Under the pieces are notes generated by a model. That model was not told the DNA's origin. It ran no database searches and was given only the letters and a program-made list of their open reading frames with translations. Of a DNA stretch of 64,000 nucleotides, positions 1-64,000 are shown piece after piece. Source of the stretch: Bugula neritina (taxonomy: Eukaryota > Animalia > Bryozoa); assembly GCA_964035545.1 (NCBI GenBank), contig OZ037769.1, positions 16,832,633 through 16,896,632 on the forward strand, written 5' to 3'. Both the position numbers and the translations under genes were made by a program. Position 1 is the stretch's first letter. Each line of letters opens with the position of its first letter.

Positions 1-657
1 AGTGGTGTAGACAGACTACAAACATTTGTAGCTCAAGGCACAAGCTGGGGGGACAATTCCTGCCCCAACACATGTCTGCTGCAAGTTTCTGCAGGAGTGG
101 AGAGATGAAGTGAAGGCCAAAGGGGGCAGGTGATCCGTGAATCACCCAACTTGGCATTAAATAGCACCAGCATCTTAGAATTCTCCACTTCTAAAGTTCA
201 AGCATTTCCACCTCACACCAACTATCCAAACTATAAATAAATCTGAATCATTTTTGACCAATCAGAGCTTGGGTTTATCAATCATCAACACCAGCACGTG
301 TGTGAGCGCTGCATATCTAGAAGGTGACCTTATGTTTTACGTGAAGTAATTAGTCATTAGTACACATGAAAGATGCAAGACATGCTGCCCCAGAGATAAA
401 TCCAGCTAATAAATAATCCGTCGGCAACTTGCTGCCAGAAACCTTTCCTCCATATTGCTGCCGAGTTTAAGTTCTTAGCTAGTAAATCAAGCTGCCGCTA
501 CTTAATACAGCTATGATGGAGTTGATCAAAGAGTGTTTGACTGGTAGCTGACCTTCTATGCGCTGTCTACAAGCAGCATTCTTACTCTCATCATCTGCTT
601 TTTTGTAGAAAAACAGGAACTCACAAGGAAATTAAAGCCTAGACTGAGCTCTACACA

Positions 658-3317
658 ATGGCATACAACCACAGGGTGGCCGTTCACTACTCCGTAAGTA
701 TTATTCTACTAGGAATAAACACAAGGTGTTATGGGAAATCGATGTTTCAAAGGTTTAATTTTCCAGGCAGCATTCAGGTTTGAATTTTTAACAGTTGGGC
801 CGAGTCAGCGTATATTTGCTCCAGTAGCCCTCGTCTTGCCTAAGACAAGAGAGGGAGGCAATAGATATATATTGTGTAAAGGGCCACAGTGTATATGTAA
901 TCTTATTAACTTATAGTTTTGGTTTGACTGGATAAAAACTACAAGATATTTTGCATACTCAATGAATATTAAATTAGGATAGAGAAATGAGATGAGAATG
1001 GCCGGATTTAGGCCCTTAGGTCAACCCTGCATAGGAATGTCTCTATTTGGCCAAAAAGCAGAGTATTGCCTGTTTATAATAATTATGGCAAAAGTCTGCA
1101 AAAAATAGCTAGCAGGGAATTTAGACCTCCTAGTTAGTTTCTGTATCCACTCGGCATGTAGGCTGCTGTAACCAGAAGTTTCCTCACCTTCCCAATGAGC
1201 GTGACTGAATATTTGTTGTTATGTCCTAGGTGACAGAGCCACCAAACATAAGAGCCAATCAGAAGCTGACACCTCAGTACAGCGAGTTACTACAAACCAC
1301 AGGAGTGGACAGCGACTGCGGCAGCGGGACCTACGCAGTGCCAGCGTACGCTAGTAGTGACGGTAGTCATGGCACTTACTCCACAACCACAGCGATATAC
1401 CACCAACCCAACTGTCAGTGTCACATGGTGACCTCCCAGCCGCAGACGTGTGTGTCTCCGACGCATCACAGCGTGCAGACGTGCAGCTCCAATACCACCA
1501 GCAGCAGCCACAGTCACCCTATGAATGCCAGCAGCTGCACAAAGAAAATGTGGACCGGCACAGAGCAGGACCGCAGAAACACTAAGGTAGATAGAACTGA
1601 TCAACCAATCACGTGGGTGTGGATATCACTAACTATAGTCATCTTCCTTTCCAATACAGTAAGTCTGACTCAGAGCACATGGCTGGTCAACTCTACAACT
1701 AGTGAGTCATTAGGGGTTGTCAAACAATGCTTCAGAGAGAGCAGTAGTAGAGAAATGCAATGTGGATATTATAAAGGATTGTCTTCCCTTCAACTACCAT
1801 CTGTATCCTGGAAACTGACTCTAGTATTCTTCTGCGTAGCAGATACTTTCCTAGGGCTAAGCTGCTTGTTAGCCTGTGGAACTAGTCTAATAGCAACCGC
1901 AAAGCTGAGGAACAAGATATCCTTCTTCACCGGCTACATACAACTGTTTTCAGGTGAGCCGAAGCTAAACTTTCAACTTGAATAAGTTATTTAAATCCGA
2001 TGCTAATTACACTCCATGTTGTCATCCAAACAGACCATCAGAGATGTCCTATAAGTATAGTCTAAGGCTTCTATATTGATAGTTTCTGAGTGCCAACTGT
2101 CAACTCATATAACTGTGGGAAGAAACTTCTAGAGTGTTCTGCAGACTACAGGTTATAGATGTGAATGAACTCTAAGTGGAATCCTGCTATATAGCTGCTA
2201 ACTTATGATTGGTTTTCAATTAACTCCAGCAAATTAAATGAAATTTTCTTATTTTTATCAGATCAACCCAAGTCCCAATCAATACCCTGTAAGGAGCATC
2301 TAAGCAATGCCAGCAAAAAAAACAAAAATTTTAAGAATTTTCTGGCCCAAGAACTGATGCTGAATGTGTTAACTTGTTCTACTCAATATACAAAATTTGC
2401 TGCCTCTAAAAAGCTTAGAATGCTGACTCAGGTCTGTTAGATAACTCTGTTTGGTACCAGCAGTCCACAAGGGTGTGTGGTGCTTTAGGGGAGTGTTTAT
2501 TATCAGCTCAGAAATCTCTATTTCAATCAGAAGTTGAACAACTTTTAGATAATCTTGTGGAAAAGCAGGTGCTGCCGAAGGTTAAGATTGGCAACATCAT
2601 TGGAACAGTGTTTCCAAAAATTGCATAAAATCCTATTGAGTTGAGTGCCACCCAAGTTCTCCTTAAAAATACTGAATTGGTTATAGTAGTAGTTGAGGTA
2701 GTGTTAGTTATAGTAGTAGTTGAGGTAGTGTTAGTTATAGTAGTAGTTGAGGTAGTGTTAGTTATAGTAGTAGTTGAGGTAGTGTTAGTTATAGTAGTAG
2801 TTGAGGTAGTGTTAGTTATAGCAGTAGTTGTGGTAGAAGTAATAAGGTGGTAGTTGTGCCGGGCTGGAAGTCATATAAAAGGCTCTTAATCTCCAACACA
2901 GACAATGAATATTAATCTTTAACAAGTACATAAATTTAATTAGTTTAGCTACTTGTAGCCACTTCAAAGGAATCCGTAATCAGCCAACTGTATATGTATA
3001 TATTGGCTGGGTTGTCTCCCCTGCTATCTAAAAATGGCCTTCAAACACTGACTACATTGTTATATTATTTGTGTTTTATAGCAATACTCTTCTCGACGGC
3101 CATCTTGTTCTACATGGTGGGACTGGATGCAGAGGAAGTGAAGAGTATTTGCCGGGATAGCTCAGTATTTGACACGGGGAGTTGCGACATCGGTTGGAGT
3201 TACCTGCTCATTATAGTTAGCTCCTCAATATGCTACCTGCTTCCTGTGTTTTCCCACTATACCGACTACACGTTACGTTCACGGGACAAAAAGGAATCGC
3301 CAGAATGCATAGCCTAG
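658..3317 (+). CDS. LHFPL (lipoma HMGIC fusion partner-like) tetraspan membrane protein; exons 658-693, 1230-1953, 3082-3317; about 331 aa
   Basis: ATG at 658 follows an in-frame TAG at 640. Junctions are GT-AG with matching phases (TCC|gtaagt ... cctag|GTG; TCA G|gtgagc ... tatag|CA). Four hydrophobic segments and LHFPL-type motifs: W...SLGVVKQC...C, 'LPSVSWK', 'GLDAEEVKSIC..S..F..G.C.IGWSY'. Confidence 0.85.
2680..2832. repeat. 27-bp minisatellite, about 5.5 copies, in LHFPL intron 2
   Basis: Unit GTTATAGTAGTAGTTGAGGTAGTGTTA. Confidence 0.95.
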
Positions 3318-3417
3318 ATTCCTATACTGCTCAGCCATGTCAATAGTCTATAGATTTTATTAAGGGAATAGATTTGTATTAAGATGAATATTTTTTGTAG
3401 AAATTCTGTTGTAAACA

Positions 3418-3423
3418 AATAAA
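3418..3423 (+). promoter_or_regulatory. Candidate poly(A) signal of the LHFPL-like gene
   Basis: AATAAA about 100 nt after the TAG stop at 3317. Confidence 0.45.
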
Positions 3424-5215
3424 TCAGCAACTGATTGACTTTATCACTCACTGTGCTGTTCATTCATGAGTTTTACATCAGAAAACAGGCTATTTCCTGG
3501 CATAAAGCGGTACGTAGTGGGCATCAGCCGTAAATATTGTGCACCATGACGAACCTAAGCTAAATTTCTTATCATACTTTCACTCCACATGGTTCATTGC
3601 TAGCTGATATAACTTTACACTTTGCTAGCATTAAGTAATGTGAGTTACACACATGTTATATGAGTTGGGATGCAGGCAAACTCAAAACAAAATATTCCAA
3701 CAGCCGATAATAAAAAATATCGCATCGTGTTGTATTCAGTCTGAGTTATAGAAGTGACACTGCTAAGATGTCCTTTATTTCCCTCCTAATCTAGAAAACT
3801 AAATGCAGCCTCAATATATAGCAGTTGACCAGTTCTATGCTTATAGGTCATTCATACAGAGTTGAAATGTTGGCTTGTAGATTGGGAGAACAAAGCCACT
3901 TAAAGAAAATTATCACTTCGATTGTTTTAGTGATTATTAAATATGATTTCATGTAATACATGTCAGCTGGTGGCACCTGTCGCACCTGTCATTATAACCA
4001 GGTGCCAAACATTTTCCCTGGGAGGGCAGACAACTGCAGCTTTGCACCAAATAAGCTTGGAGAACTGAGAAGCCAGTATTAAACTGAAATTAGTAACTAG
4101 TCTAAAATAAAGATGTTTCAATAATAATTAATATGTTAATGTATAGACTAGAGTAAGGCCAAGCCAATCAACTATATTATATGATACAACATAACATCAT
4201 ATGCAATGTAATAGCTAACTATTGCATAACCCAATCAATGTAAGTGTATATTACTATAGTCATACGAAGGGGTTGTACTACATGTGTTACATTTCCAGAC
4301 TTAAACTAATGAGAAAACCTTCAAACTGTCTGCCAGAAGCAGTACAACAGCACATGAGGCAGCATATTGCTCCGGCAGCATATAGCACTGACTACACAAT
4401 GTCATGTTATCTAATTATACTGTAGTAAGTAATACAAGGTTTGGTAATGAATACATGAAATATAATAATGGGACAGCATGAACAAGCACATGCTCCAGGC
4501 TGTCACCTGCATTCAACATGACACATTGACACTGGGAGCAAGTGATGTTACCATACTACTCAATTAATGATGAATTAAGTTATTAGTGATAATTGTTGAA
4601 TCTAATGATGAAAACATATAGTATTACTAACAGCTATTGTACCCAATCATACTAATTGTTTAGACAGCGATCAACTCTGATACAGTTGTTTGGTAAACTC
4701 AAAATTAAATTGGCGGCAAGTTGTTAAAGTAAAAAGAGAATTTGAAATTAGGACATACTCAACTAAAAATGGTAGTTTTTTAATTATAGAAATGTAATAT
4801 GTTAAGAAAATCTACAATTTTTAAATCTTAAAAGTTTCATAAGATTATAAAGTTCTTCTAATATAAGCTATTCATTTTAGTGCAAAACTTTCAGTTGACT
4901 AAAGAATTGAGCAGATGTTACAATAACTCGTCATACGTGACTGCAACAGGTTGAGTTACAGATACAGTTACTACAGAGTACTGGAGTATAGCACTGATAC
5001 ACCCTAAGCTAAAAATAGACCCTGTAGGAAGACATGTTTTATCAAAACTTTGAAATAGGATAGGAGTGGCTGCGGTCTTAAATGCCATATGGCAGCATCA
5101 ATGCTGAAGGTAAGGAATATAGATTATTGCTGCCAGACAGCATTGCGTAACAGCAGACAGGAATAAACTGTATGAACAGTGATGTTCTGTCACATGATTC
5201 TGGAAAACATATTTA

Positions 5216-5580
5216 TTAGCTCCTGTACTGTAACTCCCCAAATAATGCACTGTAATCTATTAGCTCCTGTACTGTAACTCCCCAAATAATGCACTGTAAT
5301 TTCTTAGCTCCTGTACTGTAACTCCCCAAATAATGCACTGTAATTTCTTAACTAATATACTGTTACTCCCCAAATAATATACTGTGACTCTTCAACTCAA
5401 TTAATGTACTGTAATCTCTCAACTAATATACTGTTACTCTCCAAATAATATACTGTGACTCTTTAACTAATATACCGTAACACCTCAATTAATGTACTGT
5501 AACTCCCCAATTATTATACTGTAACTGCCCAAATAATGCACTGGAACTCCTTAAATAAAATACTGTAACTTCATAAATAA
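5216..5580. repeat. 44-bp (2 x 22) degenerate minisatellite
   Basis: TAGCTCCTGTACTGTAACTCCCCAAATAATGCACTGTAAT... at 5217, 5261 and 5305, decaying rightwards. Confidence 0.9.
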
Positions 5581-5909
5581 TATGCTATAGCCTACTTGTC
5601 AATTATCATCCTAGTCTGTTATCATGTCTAGGTTGTTGAATTGAATATTTTTAAAATCAACTTGGCAGCCAACCTTATGAATTTACTTAGATTTACTAGC
5701 TTTAAATGCTGGGCAAGTAAAGCCCTAACTGGGAGTTGCCTACTATTAAAGTGAGAATACATAGAGCAGGCAACTCCTTAACAGAACAACTACTAATCAA
5801 AGCTGAAGTTGAAGGCTATGATTAATACAGGGACTCATAGCAACAGTTCACAGAGATAGAGAGTAATTCACAAACCACAGGAAGTGATGTCATCACACTT
5901 TAAACATAC

Positions 5910-64000
<58,091 letters not shown>

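Noticed and set aside
2641-2853. ORF with VVVEVVLVI repeats
   Set aside because: Translation of a 27-bp intronic minisatellite.
3451-3553. Possible minus-strand exon continuing the dynein gene
   Set aside because: Contains a stop in the required phase 1 frame, and the open frame has no dynein similarity.
5089-5115. Possible plus-strand first exon ATGGCAGCATCAATGCTGAAG|GTAAGG
   Set aside because: No downstream partner exon identified, and GMC copy 1 has its own start matching its paralogues.

Overview
AT-rich, intron-rich animal (invertebrate-like) genomic DNA, so the ORF track only captures exon fragments. The dominant feature is a large minus-strand dynein heavy chain gene of the divergent DNHD1 type (DNAH6/DNAH14-related tail). 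It enters at the right edge and runs through tail, linker, AAA1, AAA2 and AAA3. By splice phase and shared sequence character it resumes at 7406-5910 after an intron of about 22 kb (7407-29605). That intron holds, on the opposite strand, a tandem array of four apparently intact 11-exon GMC (glucose-methanol-choline) FAD oxidoreductase genes, plus an intron-containing tRNA-Arg(TCT). A 3-exon LHFPL-family tetraspan gene (658-3317, +) is probably nested in a further dynein intron. The GMC paralogues are mosaics: FAD-binding exons and some introns are homogenised while substrate-binding exons diverge. Dynein AAA1 has lost its Walker B glutamate, with an Asn-to-Asp change at sensor I. Many introns carry private minisatellites, several of which duplicate the adjacent splice site. 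All gene models were spliced by eye and no database search was run.
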